Assembly: GCA_040768745.1 (NCBI GenBank)
Contig: JAXGMI010000001.1
Span: forward strand, 1,216,001 to 1,280,000
From: Desulfomicrobium sp.
Lineage (GTDB): Bacteria > Desulfobacterota > Desulfovibrionia > Desulfovibrionales > Desulfomicrobiaceae
Direction: 5' to 3'
DNA: 64,000 nucleotides
Numbering within the stretch: position 1 is the first letter of the stretch; the number at the start of each line of letters is the position of its first letter. Made by a program: the position numbers and the translations under genes. Shown here piece by piece: positions 19,333 to 29,408 of the stretch. The notes beneath the pieces are model-generated. The model did no database searches. It saw only the letters and a list, made by a program, of their open reading frames with translations, and was not told where the DNA came from.

Positions 19333-21207
19333 ATGCTGCCACGCCGGATTGTCCTCTTCGCCCTCCTGGCGCTGCTGACTGCAGCTTCGCCTCTCGGGGC
19401 CGAAACCGAACGCATCCTCGATTTTTCCTCCACGGTGATCGTCAATGCAGACAGTTCTCTGCTCGTGTCCGAGACCATCACGGTGCTGGCCACGGGAGAT
19501 CAGATCAAGCGCGGCATCGTGCGGGAGTTCCCGACCGTCTACACCACGTCATCAGGCCAGACGGTCCGGGTCGGTTTCGATTTGGTGGACGTGCACCGCG
19601 ACGGACATGCCGAACCCTATCACACGGAAGACCGCATCAACGGCGTGGCCATCTACGTCGGGGACAAGAACGTGTTCCTCAGTCCCGGCTCCTATACATA
19701 CACCCTGGTATACAAGACCACGCGGCAGCTTGGTTTTTTCGAGAACTATGACGAATTGTACTGGAACGTGAACGGCAATGGCTGGCGCCTGCCTTTGGAC
19801 AAGGTCAGCTGCGAGGTCCATTTGCCGGACGGGGCCAAGGTTCTGGAGGCCGTGTCCTACGAAGGACCACAAGGAAGCACGGAAAGCCGCCGATTCAAGG
19901 GGGGGGAAAGCAGTATCACCATGGCTTCCTCGCGCCCCTACGGACTGGGCGAAGGGCTGACCATTGCCGTGTCCTGGCCCAAGGGTTTCGTGACCCCTCC
20001 CACGGCATCGGAACTGGCCAAGGGGTACGTTTCCGGTCGCGGGGCGTTGGTGCCTGCCGTGGGAGGTGGAGCGCTGCTGCTGCTCTATTACGTCCTCGCC
20101 TGGCTGAAGGTGGGGCGAGACCCGGCCAAGGGGGTCATCATCCCCCGCTTTGAGCCGCCCAAGGGATTTTCTCCAGCCATGGTCCGCATGCTCTGGAGCA
20201 TGAAGTTCGACAACACCGCCTTCACCGCCGGCATCGTGAACATGGCGGTCAAAGGCGGACTGGTCATCAGGGAGGATGATCAGATGCGCCTCGAGCTCGC
20301 CAAACAGCCACCAGCTCGGCTTTCCGCCGGGGAAAAGGCGGCCTGGGACGAGTTGCGCAAGGCGGGCGGGAGCATCGTGCTCAAGAACACCAACCATCAG
20401 GTCCTGAACAGGGCCCGGCAGGTGATGAAGGACAAGTTGCACAAGGAGCTGGCCCAGAACTATTTCGTGACCAATTCTGGTTGGGTTGCTCCAGGGGTCG
20501 TCATCACCCTGGCTACCGTCGCGGCCATGGCCTGGACCGCTCCGGAGCCCATGGCTCTGCTTTTCATCAGCGTTTGGCTGACGGGATGGACGTTCGGGTG
20601 CTCCTTGTTGCTCCGACAGGCGTGGCGGGCCTGGCAGGCCAGGGGCGTGATGGGCAAGGTGTCGGCCCTGTTCCTTTCTCTCTTCTCCATTCCGTTTCTG
20701 ACTGGAGAGGTGGCCGGGCTGAGCTTTTTCGGGATGCAGGCCGGCTTGCCGCCGACGTTCGTGTTCCTGGTCATGGTTCTGATGAATGCCCTCTTTTATG
20801 AGCTCCTCAAAGCGCCGACGCGCATTGGTCGCCAGGTCCTGGACGAGATTGAGGGGCTCAGGGCCTATCTCTCGGTGGCTGAGGAAGACCGTCTCAATTT
20901 CATTCATCCACCGGAAGAAACCCCTGAACTTTTTGAAAAATTTTTGCCGTATGCCATGGCTCTGGGGGTGGAGAACGAATGGGGCGAGCGTTTCGCCGGC
21001 ATCCTGAGTCGGGCCGGGTATGCACCGGGGTGGTATGCAGGGCCGCTCTGGAGCCACATGCATCCTGGCGGGTTCGCCTCAGGCCTGAGCAGCGGGATTT
21101 CGTCGTCCGTGTCCTCGGCCTCGGCAGCGCCGGGCTCGTCCTCGGGCACCAGCGGCGGCGGCTCCTCTGGTGGAGGCGGTGGCGGTGGCGGTGGCGGTGG
21201 ATGGTAA
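19333..21207 (+). CDS. DUF2207 domain membrane protein
   Basis: ERILDFSS...ETITV...RGIVR, DELYWNVNG, FEKFLPYAMALGV, Ser/Gly tail ending GGGGGGGW. Usual partner of lemA. Confidence 0.9.
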   Translation: MLPRRIVLFALLALLTAASPLGAETERILDFSSTVIVNADSSLLVSETITVLATGDQIKRGIVREFPTVYTTSSGQTVRVGFDLVDVHRDGHAEPYHTEDRINGVAIYVGDKNVFLSPGSYTYTLVYKTTRQLGFFENYDELYWNVNGNGWRLPLDKVSCEVHLPDGAKVLEAVSYEGPQGSTESRRFKGGESSITMASSRPYGLGEGLTIAVSWPKGFVTPPTASELAKGYVSGRGALVPAVGGGALLLLYYVLAWLKVGRDPAKGVIIPRFEPPKGFSPAMVRMLWSMKFDNTAFTAGIVNMAVKGGLVIREDDQMRLELAKQPPARLSAGEKAAWDELRKAGGSIVLKNTNHQVLNRARQVMKDKLHKELAQNYFVTNSGWVAPGVVITLATVAAMAWTAPEPMALLFISVWLTGWTFGCSLLLRQAWRAWQARGVMGKVSALFLSLFSIPFLTGEVAGLSFFGMQAGLPPTFVFLVMVLMNALFYELLKAPTRIGRQVLDEIEGLRAYLSVAEEDRLNFIHPPEETPELFEKFLPYAMALGVENEWGERFAGILSRAGYAPGWYAGPLWSHMHPGGFASGLSSGISSSVSSASAAPGSSSGTSGGGSSGGGGGGGGGGGW

Positions 21208-21255
21208 AAATTGTTCCAGGAGAGGAGCCGCTTCTCTGGGGCGGCCTTTTTTCTG

Positions 21256-21432
21256 TCAAATCCCCAGGCCTTTGATGTAGGCCACGTAATCCTCCAGGAT
21301 CACCTCCAGCCCAGCGGCCTTGATGTCCAAGAGTTCAAGCTGAACGGCCTCAGGACTGGTGGCCAAGTCCAGATCCGGGGTGTGCTTGGCGCCGATGCCC
21401 GCCTTGGCCAGGGTTTTGGCCAGACTGACCAT
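21256..21432 (-). pseudogene. Possible gene remnant (58 aa, HDOD C-terminus-like)
   Basis: MVSLAKTLAKAGIGAKHTPDLDLATSPEAVQLELLDIKAAGLEVILEDYVAYIKGLGI* has coding-like codon usage. The frame is closed just upstream. Confidence 0.3.
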
Positions 21433-21500
21433 GAGGCCGATAATCCATGATGTTCATGGCTGCTTGGTTTGGGCCCTGAGACACGACCAGACGAAGACTG

Positions 21501-23237
21501 TCATAGATTGTGGTCGCTTGCAGCATGCCGCGGCAGGCGGACATGAAAGGCCGTGCCATGGCCAGGGACGGAATCGACCGAGATGGAAGCCCCCATGCCG
21601 GCCAGGATGTCCCGGCAGATGGCCAGACCCAGTCCTGTGCCCTTGCCCATGGGTTTGGTGGTGAAAAAGGGTTCGAAAATCCGGGGCAGGACATCTGCAG
21701 GTATTCCCTGTCCGGTATCTTCCACATCGATGCTGATATAGTCGCTGTCCTGCCGGGCCCGAAGAAGCACCCTGCCACCTGGTCCGGCAATGGCGTCGAT
21801 GGCGTTGTTGACTAGGTTGAGAATGACCTGCTGCAGTTCAGTGGCGGAGGCAACCACCTCTCCCAGGTCATGACCGAGATCCAGGGTCACCGCCACGCCC
21901 TGCTGCTTGGCCTTGTGACGGGTAAACCCGACGATATCCTGGAGCAGGGCATGGACCTGGACCAAGGGGGTCATGCTGTCGGTTTTACGGGCAAAGTTCA
22001 GAAGCTTCTGAGTGATATCCCGACAGCGGTGACCCTGGGTGACGATGGTTTTCAGGGAGGCATGGATCTCGGTCATGTTCTCCTCGCTTTGAGGGTCGTC
22101 GGACTTGAGCAAGTCTTCAATCCAGCCCGAATTTTCCATCATGATGGCCAGGGGGTTGTTAATCTCGTGGGCGATGTTGGCCGCCAGTTCGCCGATGGAA
22201 GCCAGTTTTCCCGCCTCGACCATCTGCCTCTGCATCTGCTGTTGCAGGAGTTCGGCCTTGCGCAGACGGTCCTCCTTACGTCTGACGGCAATGAGGGCGG
22301 TGGTTGCGATGCCGAGGCCGCCGAGCAGGATGGCCGCCGCAGTCAGGATGCGGATCGTGCCCAGGGCACCCAGGGCCTCGGACTTGGGCTGCCGGAAGAC
22401 CAGAATGCTTCCGTCGGTTCTGAGGGGGGCACACGCATACCATTGGGCTTCGCCTCGGGCATCGTCCATTTCCACCACGGTGGGCCGATTTTCCGGAAAA
22501 ACCTGTCTGGACAGGGATTGGGCGGTTGCCAGGGAGGTGGAGTCCTGGTCGGCAGCAGCCACGCCAAAGGTTCCGCTCTGCCCCAGGATGAAGGCATTGC
22601 CAGATCCGCCAGGATAGAAGACGCGGATTTTATCCACGATCTGTCGCGGATCCAGGTGTGCACGCAGGACCCACGCAGTCTTTTGATCCGGTATGCGCAC
22701 CGAGACAAAAACAGGGGAATTCCCTGAGGAAATGCCGCTGACAAGAGTGGGGCGGGTCACGGCCTGTTGAAACCACGATTCCTTGGATTGATCCGGCTCG
22801 TCGGGGTGGGCTCCGGCGTGGGCGATAACCTGTCCCGATGCGTTGAGGAGATCCAGGTCCGTGAAGAGCCCAGGATGTACATGCTGCAGCGCGAGCAGGC
22901 GGTCACGCAGGATGTTGGGTTGGGCGAGGGTCTCCACCGGAGAGAAAGATGCCTCCTGCAGGAGGCTGGAGATCTTTTCCGCCAGAAACGAATCAATGGC
23001 CCGGGCGCTCCGCAGGGTCTGGTCGCCAAGCAGGGTCTTTGCTTTTTCCAGATACGCGATGTCATAGAAGACAGCGAGTGCCCCCAGGCACAGGAGGGGC
23101 AGGATCCCGGCCATGAGCACAATGATCGACAGGTGGCCGGTTACGAGGCGGGGGGTACTTCTTTTTCCACGGCCTGCGCGGGATGTCTCGATCGGGATGG
23201 TTTGTGGAGTTGGGCTGCTGGGGGGAAGGCTGCTCAT
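21501..23237 (-). CDS. Membrane sensor histidine kinase (Cache-like periplasmic domain), no cognate regulator adjacent
   Basis: 2 TM; KLASIGELAANIAHEINNPL; NLVNNAIDA; EPFFTTKPMGKGTGLGL. Confidence 0.88.
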   Translation of the reverse strand: MSSLPPSSPTPQTIPIETSRAGRGKRSTPRLVTGHLSIIVLMAGILPLLCLGALAVFYDIAYLEKAKTLLGDQTLRSARAIDSFLAEKISSLLQEASFSPVETLAQPNILRDRLLALQHVHPGLFTDLDLLNASGQVIAHAGAHPDEPDQSKESWFQQAVTRPTLVSGISSGNSPVFVSVRIPDQKTAWVLRAHLDPRQIVDKIRVFYPGGSGNAFILGQSGTFGVAAADQDSTSLATAQSLSRQVFPENRPTVVEMDDARGEAQWYACAPLRTDGSILVFRQPKSEALGALGTIRILTAAAILLGGLGIATTALIAVRRKEDRLRKAELLQQQMQRQMVEAGKLASIGELAANIAHEINNPLAIMMENSGWIEDLLKSDDPQSEENMTEIHASLKTIVTQGHRCRDITQKLLNFARKTDSMTPLVQVHALLQDIVGFTRHKAKQQGVAVTLDLGHDLGEVVASATELQQVILNLVNNAIDAIAGPGGRVLLRARQDSDYISIDVEDTGQGIPADVLPRIFEPFFTTKPMGKGTGLGLAICRDILAGMGASISVDSVPGHGTAFHVRLPRHAASDHNL

Positions 23238-23485
23238 GGGTCCCGGTTTTTTATGTTGTTCCGCCAGGCATTGAGGGGGGCGCAACATCCCTGGCCGGTA
23301 TGCTGATTACGGCGGATCGTGTCCCCCGATTCTTTCTCCGTCATGGTCTGGCAGAGATATCTTCCTGCTTCCTCGCTCCAGAACAGCTCCGGGCAACGGG
23401 GCAGATACCCGTGCCGATGCAGTGAATCGGTACACTGATCGTGCAAGCAGCACCACCCGCATCCAACGCAGGGGAGATACGTCAT
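23234..23485 (-). CDS. Small cysteine-rich protein (83 aa), putative metal/Fe-S binding
   Basis: MTYLPCVGCGWCCLHDQC...RCPELFW...RYLC...GQGCCAPLN. RBS GAGGAG; stop overlaps the kinase start (ATGA). Confidence 0.7.
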   Translation of the reverse strand: MTYLPCVGCGWCCLHDQCTDSLHRHGYLPRCPELFWSEEAGRYLCQTMTEKESGDTIRRNQHTGQGCCAPLNAWRNNIKNRDP

Positions 23486-23676
23486 GGCGATTCTCCTCTG
23501 GATGTGGGGGGGAAGCGTCGGGCGCAACGGGATTCCGATGGAACCTTGGAAAAAGGCTAACCCAAGGCCGTTGAGGGGTAAAGGAGTTTCTGTTCTGTGG
23601 TGGCAAGTGTGCAGGCCATATGCATTCTCGAGGGAGGGTCCGCCCGGACCGAAGGCGGTCCGGGCGGACGGGGGCG

Positions 23677-26319
23677 TCATTTGCCGCCCAGGATGTTGGG
23701 GTGGTGGAACTCGTCCAGCATTTCCTCGGTGTGGCACACGGCGCAGTTGCCACCCGAGCCAATGGGACCCGGAGCACCCTGGTACTGCAGGGGCTGGATG
23801 GCATCGAGGTCGGGGTGGAACGGGTTCACGGCCGGGTACTCGGCGTGGGTCGGTCCGTGGCAGGCCTCGCACATGAGCCCCGCGTCGTCGCTGCGGGTGC
23901 GGTAGAGCCCCTCGGGGCCGCGCACCCAGTGGTTGAAGGCCGAGTCGCCCTGCGGGGCGGCGAAGTCCAGGTGGCAGGTCAGGCAGTCGGGCTCGTCCTT
24001 CCAGGGTTGGCGCGGCGAGATCTCCTCCACCGTGGCCACGAGTCTGGGCTTGATATGCCGCATGAGCCGGTCGGCCTTGGCCTTGCCCGCTTCTTTCTCG
24101 GCCTTCAGCAGGGACAGAGCGTGGTCTTCCAGGGTGCCGTGACAGTTGACGCAGGTCAGTCCGGCCTGCGAGGCGTGCACGCCGCGGGCGCAGCGCGTGT
24201 GGCTGTCCGGACCCGTGGGGTGGCAGGCGTGGCAGGCCAGGGCGTCTTCCATGCCGGTCATGTAGTTGGCGTGGAAGCCGTGGATGGAGGCGGGCAGATT
24301 CAGTAGTTCCGGCTTGCCGGCGGCGTTCAGCAGCGGGTCCGGGTGGCAGCTCTGGCAGAGCACGGGCTTGCCGCCTTCGGCCTGAATCAGCAGGTTAGTC
24401 TTGTGCCGGCGGTCGTGTCGGGCCAGGACGTCCGAGGCGGTCAGGGCGGAGATGCCCGTGACCCCGTCGCGCCGCCATTCGCCGCCGTGGCATTTGCGGC
24501 AGCCGATCTCCGTGGAGATGGGCGCCACGACCCTGGTCATGGCCAGGAGTTCGCCGCTGGAGGCGTCCCGGGCCTCAATGGTAAAGACGGGGTAGGGGTT
24601 GACCCCGCCACCGTCGGGGTAGGGCAGCACAGGGATGCCGTCGGCCACGAAGGTCAGGTTCTTTTCATTGAGCTTCATCTCGCCCGACAGACCCAGCCCC
24701 TTGGCGCTCACGTTGGCCGGCAGCTCCTTGCCAAGCAGGGACGGCGCATATTTCCAGAAGTCTACGTGCTTGCTTGGGTTTTCGAAGCCCGCCGGCGGGA
24801 GGTAGGTGAGCTTCACGGCCTGGGTCACGATCTCGGGCCGCGTGTCGCGGCGTACGAGCTGGGCCACCAGGGCACTGCCCGGAGGGAGAAAGGAGAAATG
24901 CGCGTCGCTGTCGGAGATGCACTTTTCGCCGAGGGTGCACCAGGCCAGCAGCACGTACTTGCAGTTCTCCGCATCGAAGGGCGGGATTTCGAGGGCGGCT
25001 TCGGGACGCGCGAGGGCTTCCGCGGCCGCGGTTTTTTTGCCGTGCAATCCCTCCACGATATACGAAGCCAGGGCGCCCCGCTCCAGTTCCGTGCCGGCGA
25101 AACGCGGCATGTAGGAGTGGATCTTGCCCATGCCGCGGATCATGGACTCCATGGCGAACCGGCCGAACACGGCTGTCAGGGGCTTGATGTCGTTCAGGGG
25201 GCCGCCGATGGAGTGGCAGGAGGCGCACTGGCCTCGGAAGATCTCTTTCCCAGCGTCCAGGGCGTTATCGGGGGTGACTTCCTGGTTGCGGTTCCAGCCC
25301 GACGTTGCCAGGAAGCCCTGCTTGGAGATGGCCTCCTCGGTCCCGGCCAGGATGGCGTTGGAGTACATGTGTCCGTAGATGAGGTACGGCCTGCGGCCGG
25401 CTTCACGCATCCACTCGAAGCAGCCCATGTACAGGAGGCCGATGACGAGCAGGGTCACGGCCATGGGGCGCTTGACGGCGGCCGGCATGCGGATGGCCAT
25501 GGCGAGGCCGCCGGCGAAGAGCAGGGCGGAGATCTGGACGAAGCCCTTGAGGAAGGGCGCGATCTCGGGGTTAGCGCCGAGGATCATGGCCCTGGGCCCT
25601 TCAGGCAGGACCTGCAGGTACCACCATCCCGACAGGAGCAGCACCCCGAAGGGCAGCAGGAGCCACAGGGCGCAGTAGCGGACCATGGTTTCGCGGGTCG
25701 GCGCGTCCTTTTCCCAGGTGGCCGTGACGAAGCCGTAGAGCCCGGCGAACATCAGGGCGATGCAGGTTCTGAAGACCAGGGCCGGCCAGAAGGTCGGGTT
25801 GAAGAAGCCGTCCCAGAAGTCCCGCGTGGCCGGCCAGTCGCCGGGGGTGAGCATGAAGCCGATGATGCCGTTGATCATGAACAGCGACATCCAGCCGAAG
25901 AAGAAATAGAGCCAGCCCATGGCGAGGTGGTTGCGGCGGCTCATCCTGCCGAAGGTGTAGTAGTAGATGAACAGGGACACGATTTCGCCGAGGAAGAAGA
26001 CCCATTCGATGGCCCATCCGAAGACGAAGGTGTGGATGAGGCTCACGGTGGCCGCCGGTGCGACCAGGGAAATGATGAACCAGATGCCGACGCCGGTGAT
26101 GCCGCCCAGGACCATGGTCACCAGCAGGAAGAATTTGGTGTGCCGTTTGGCGTAGTCCATGATTTCCGGCGACTGGCGCCGGTAGGCCAGAAGTTCCGTC
26201 AACACGAGGAAAAGGCCGCCGCCCACGGCGAAGTGGGCGATGTAGACGTGAAAGACGGAAATCAGGGCGATGAGCAGGCCGCCGCCGGCCCAGTGGAGTT
26301 CCCAGATCGGAAAGTTCAT
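23677..26319 (-). CDS. Cytochrome bd subunit I (CydA)-like protein fused to an octaheme cytochrome c domain
   Basis: N-terminal HVYIAHFAVGGG, GGITGVGIWF, WAIEWVFF, FEWMREAGRRPY. Eight CxxCH motifs: CASCH, CRKCH, CQSCH, CHACH, CVNCH, CLTCH, CEACH, CAVCH. Confidence 0.85.
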   Translation of the reverse strand: MNFPIWELHWAGGGLLIALISVFHVYIAHFAVGGGLFLVLTELLAYRRQSPEIMDYAKRHTKFFLLVTMVLGGITGVGIWFIISLVAPAATVSLIHTFVFGWAIEWVFFLGEIVSLFIYYYTFGRMSRRNHLAMGWLYFFFGWMSLFMINGIIGFMLTPGDWPATRDFWDGFFNPTFWPALVFRTCIALMFAGLYGFVTATWEKDAPTRETMVRYCALWLLLPFGVLLLSGWWYLQVLPEGPRAMILGANPEIAPFLKGFVQISALLFAGGLAMAIRMPAAVKRPMAVTLLVIGLLYMGCFEWMREAGRRPYLIYGHMYSNAILAGTEEAISKQGFLATSGWNRNQEVTPDNALDAGKEIFRGQCASCHSIGGPLNDIKPLTAVFGRFAMESMIRGMGKIHSYMPRFAGTELERGALASYIVEGLHGKKTAAAEALARPEAALEIPPFDAENCKYVLLAWCTLGEKCISDSDAHFSFLPPGSALVAQLVRRDTRPEIVTQAVKLTYLPPAGFENPSKHVDFWKYAPSLLGKELPANVSAKGLGLSGEMKLNEKNLTFVADGIPVLPYPDGGGVNPYPVFTIEARDASSGELLAMTRVVAPISTEIGCRKCHGGEWRRDGVTGISALTASDVLARHDRRHKTNLLIQAEGGKPVLCQSCHPDPLLNAAGKPELLNLPASIHGFHANYMTGMEDALACHACHPTGPDSHTRCARGVHASQAGLTCVNCHGTLEDHALSLLKAEKEAGKAKADRLMRHIKPRLVATVEEISPRQPWKDEPDCLTCHLDFAAPQGDSAFNHWVRGPEGLYRTRSDDAGLMCEACHGPTHAEYPAVNPFHPDLDAIQPLQYQGAPGPIGSGGNCAVCHTEEMLDEFHHPNILGGK

Positions 26320-27380
26320 GAGCGCACCTCCGTGTCGGTGGAAGCCGTTTTGAGCATCCAGGCGACGATGACGAGTCCGGCCGCCAGGGTCAGGACGAAA
26401 AGGACGAAGGGCAGGTATTCGCCGGTCACGACGCGGTCGCTGACCTGGAAATACGGGCTCAGGTACGCATCCCGGACCATGTCACGCAGGTAGACCATGA
26501 GCGAAATGGTGGTCACGGAGATGATGGCCGTGGTGCGAACGTTGTAGCGCAGGGCGTTGCTGATGCTGAAGATTCCGAGGGTTGCGCCAGCGGCGAAGAC
26601 CAGCGTGTGGGGCAGGGAGCCGCCCAGCAGGAGGTGCGAGATGCGCTCGGGCAGGGCCGTGAGGAACCACAGCCCCAGGGCCATCTGTACAACCGTGGAG
26701 AAGGCGTACCAGTTCATGCCGTGCCGGATCCAGTGCGTGGCCTGCGGGTCGCTCGTGCGGCACGAGTAGATCAGGGCCAGGGCCAGGCCGCCCAGGGCCG
26801 TGGACGAGGCGACGATGTGCAGGAAGCGCGGCAGCACGGTCGGATCCGAGAGGTTGAGGATGGTCCCGCCGGGATTGTCGAAATATCCGGTCCAGGTCTC
26901 GGGGTTCAGCATGAGGGTCATGTTGTTGGTGAAAATGAAGGCCGTGGCCAGCAGGCAGGCGGTCGTCACGCCGATGAATACGGTCTTCAGCCCGCCCAGG
27001 GACGGGTAGCGGAAGTCGTAGATGTAGGCGCTGCCGTACGCGGCGATGACCAGTCCGACGACGGCCAACCAGTAGACGGCCATGAGCACGCTGCTCGTGT
27101 ACAGGAACTGCCCGTAGAGGACCTGCATGAAGAGCAGCGGCGCCACGCCGAAGTTGACGGCGAAGGCGATGGTGAAGGGCAGCTTGACGGAGATGGTCGT
27201 GGTCAGGGGCTCGGTCTCCCGTTTCCCGCGCAGGTGGTGGACCAGAGCGATGATAGATGCCCCGAGCATGACATTCATGACCAGGATGTGGAGGATGAAC
27301 GTGAGCACCTGGAAGAGGTAGAACCAGCCCCACTCCACGGGAATGGGGAGGGCTTGGGGAATGAGACGAGTGGGGTCCAT
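26316..27380 (-). CDS. CydA-like polytopic partner subunit
   Basis: About 9 TM; TFILHILVMNVMLG, FAVNFGVAPLLFMQVLYG, PRFLH. Translationally coupled to the heme fusion gene. Confidence 0.75.
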   Translation of the reverse strand: MDPTRLIPQALPIPVEWGWFYLFQVLTFILHILVMNVMLGASIIALVHHLRGKRETEPLTTTISVKLPFTIAFAVNFGVAPLLFMQVLYGQFLYTSSVLMAVYWLAVVGLVIAAYGSAYIYDFRYPSLGGLKTVFIGVTTACLLATAFIFTNNMTLMLNPETWTGYFDNPGGTILNLSDPTVLPRFLHIVASSTALGGLALALIYSCRTSDPQATHWIRHGMNWYAFSTVVQMALGLWFLTALPERISHLLLGGSLPHTLVFAAGATLGIFSISNALRYNVRTTAIISVTTISLMVYLRDMVRDAYLSPYFQVSDRVVTGEYLPFVLFVLTLAAGLVIVAWMLKTASTDTEVRS

Positions 27381-27603
27381 GGGCCTCTCCTTGTTGAAAT
27401 GTACGCCGCATCAGGAATTGCCAAGATCAGGATGATCCTGATTATCCTATTTGTCGATCTGCGTCAAAAATTGCTGAGTTGGAGCACACTTGCGGCTGTG
27501 AAAACTCTGCGCTCGCAGCCGGAGTGTCCCGTGGGCATGAAGGTTGGATCGCGGGCTGTCAGCCAAGAAAAAACCCGCGCTTGTGGCACGGGCGTGATTT
27601 CTG

Positions 27604-27681
27604 TGGCGTCCCCAAGGGGATTTGAACCCCTGTTATCGGCGTGAAAGGCCGGTGTCCTGGACCTAGCTAGACGATGGGGAC
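27604..27681 (-). tRNA. tRNA-Glu (TTC)
   Basis: GTCCCCA...anticodon loop CT-TTC-AC...GGTTCAAATCC...TGGGGACGCCA. Confidence 0.95.
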
Positions 27682-27702
27682 GCAGGCTGCGTCGAGAAAA
27701 AG

Positions 27703-27778
27703 TGGCGTCCCCAAGGGGGTTTGAACCCCTGTTAGCGGCGTGAGAGGCCGCCGTCCTAGGCCACTAGACGATGGGGAC
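27703..27778 (-). tRNA. tRNA-Glu (CTC)
   Basis: GTCCCCA...GCGGC-CT-CTC-AC-GCCGC...GGTTCAAACC...CCA. Confidence 0.95.
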
Positions 27779-27787
27779 GCATGTATT

Positions 27788-27863
27788 TGGTGGGCCGTGA
27801 AGGGATCGAACCTTCGACTCTCTGCTTAAAAGGCAGATACTCTACCGTCTGAGTTAACGGCCC
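27788..27863 (-). tRNA. tRNA-Lys (TTT)
   Basis: GGGCCGT...TCTGC-CT-TTT-AA-GCAGA...GGTTCGATCC...ACGGCCCACCA. Confidence 0.95.
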
Positions 27864-27923
27864 CGAAAGAGAAAACGCTTCTATAGGGGGCCGCCGTTCC
27901 TTGTCAAGCCGGAAAACAGGATT

Positions 27924-29198
27924 TCACATCCCTATCCGTTCCAGCCCGCCCAGATAGGGGCGCAAGATTTCAGGGACGATGATGGAGCCGTCAGCCTGCT
28001 GATAATTTTCCAGGATTGCTACCATGGTCCGGCCAACAGCCAGGCCCGAGCCGTTCAGGGTGTGCACCAGCCTGCTCTTCTTGGCTCCGGCAGGCTTGAA
28101 GCGGATGCCGGCCCGACGGGCCTGGAAATCCTCGAAATTGGAGCAGGATGAAATCTCCCTGTACTTGTTTTGGCCAGGGAGCCAGACCTCGATGTCGTAG
28201 GTCTTGGCCGAGGAGAAGCCCAGATCCCCCGAGCACAGGGTGACCACCCGGTAGTGCAGACCCAGCTTCTGCAGGATGCTTTCGGCATGGCCCAGGAGTT
28301 TTTCCAGTTCGGCATAGGAGGAGTCCGGGTGAACAAAGCGCACCAATTCGACCTTGTCGAATTGGTGCTGGCGGATCATGCCCTTGGTGTCCTTGCCGTA
28401 GGAACCTGCTTCGGACCGGAAGCACGGGGTGAAGGCGCAGATGGTCACGGGCAGTTGGCTTTCGGCCAGGGTCTCGTCCCGGTAGATGTTTGTGACCGGC
28501 ACCTCGGCCGTGGGGATGAGGTAGTAGTTCGTGTTTTCGAGATGGAAGAGGTCTTCTTCAAATTTGGGCAACTGGCCCGTACCCATGAGGCTTTCGCGGT
28601 TGACAATGACCGGGGGCATAACTTCATTATACCCGTTTTCCCGCGTCTGCACATCGAGCATAAAGCTGATGAGGGCCCGTTCCATGCGTGCAGCCCAGCC
28701 CTTGAGGATGACGAACCGGCTGCCCGTGATCTTGGCTGCGGTTTCGAAGTCGAGTCCGCCCAGGGCCGTCCCCAGTTCCCAGTGCTCTTTGGGCTGAAAA
28801 TCGAAGGCAGGTTTCTGACCCCACATCTTGACCTGCACATTGCTGCTTTCATCGTTCCCTTCGGGGACCGACGGGTGCGGCACATTGGGGATGGACATGA
28901 TCCATTCCAGGGTCTGCTCGTCGATGTCCTTGAGCTTCTCGTCCAACGCCTTGATCCGAGTAGCCATGGCGCCGAGTTCCTCCAGCAGATCGTCAGCGCT
29001 TTCCCCGGTCTTTTTTCTGCGGCTGATTTCTCCCGAGGCCTGGTTGCGGTTGGCCTTCAAGTCCTCAACTTCCAGGAGCAGGTCACGGCGCTTCTGATCG
29101 ATGGCCAGAAACTGGTCCAGATCGAGCGAGCTGCGCCGCTTGCGCAGGGCGTCGCGTACGTCATGGGTATTGGAACGAACAAATTTGATGTCCAGCAT
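27924..29198 (-). CDS. serS: Serine--tRNA ligase
   Basis: [63 protein letters not shown]. Confidence 0.98.
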   Translation of the reverse strand: MLDIKFVRSNTHDVRDALRKRRSSLDLDQFLAIDQKRRDLLLEVEDLKANRNQASGEISRRKKTGESADDLLEELGAMATRIKALDEKLKDIDEQTLEWIMSIPNVPHPSVPEGNDESSNVQVKMWGQKPAFDFQPKEHWELGTALGGLDFETAAKITGSRFVILKGWAARMERALISFMLDVQTRENGYNEVMPPVIVNRESLMGTGQLPKFEEDLFHLENTNYYLIPTAEVPVTNIYRDETLAESQLPVTICAFTPCFRSEAGSYGKDTKGMIRQHQFDKVELVRFVHPDSSYAELEKLLGHAESILQKLGLHYRVVTLCSGDLGFSSAKTYDIEVWLPGQNKYREISSCSNFEDFQARRAGIRFKPAGAKKSRLVHTLNGSGLAVGRTMVAILENYQQADGSIIVPEILRPYLGGLERIGM

Positions 29199-29408
29199 GG
29201 AGAGGTCCTTGTCGTGGTTTCGAGGCCGCCTCAGTGTTCGGCGGATGTGGTTTTGCGGCGAAATGAATAGCCTGCCTCGGGCTGGACCACAAGCAGGTGA
29301 TTCTGCGTGACGTGATTTTTTTTCGTTTCTTCCCTTGACTTCCCTTTGCCAGGGATTAATTGGGCCTCTGTCTTGTGCGGGCTGGAGTCGGATTTCCAGC
29401 CTTGTACG

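Noticed and set aside
21150..21204. GGC/GGT tandem repeat
   Set aside because: Encodes the normal Gly-rich tail of DUF2207 proteins.
23640..27600. tRNA-anchored genomic island (GC-rich block at the tRNA-Glu 3' end)
   Set aside because: No integrase, transposase or flanking direct repeat was found; composition alone is insufficient.
27604..27778. Direct repeat TGGCGTCCCCAAGGGG...GACGATGGGGAC as a possible att site or CRISPR-like repeat
   Set aside because: The two copies are complete tRNA-Glu isoacceptors (TTC and CTC). No integrase and no distant partial copy were seen.
29335..29360. groES promoter (TTGACT ... ATTAAT)
   Set aside because: Spacing fits neither sigma70 nor sigma32 convincingly; only the CIRCE is reported.
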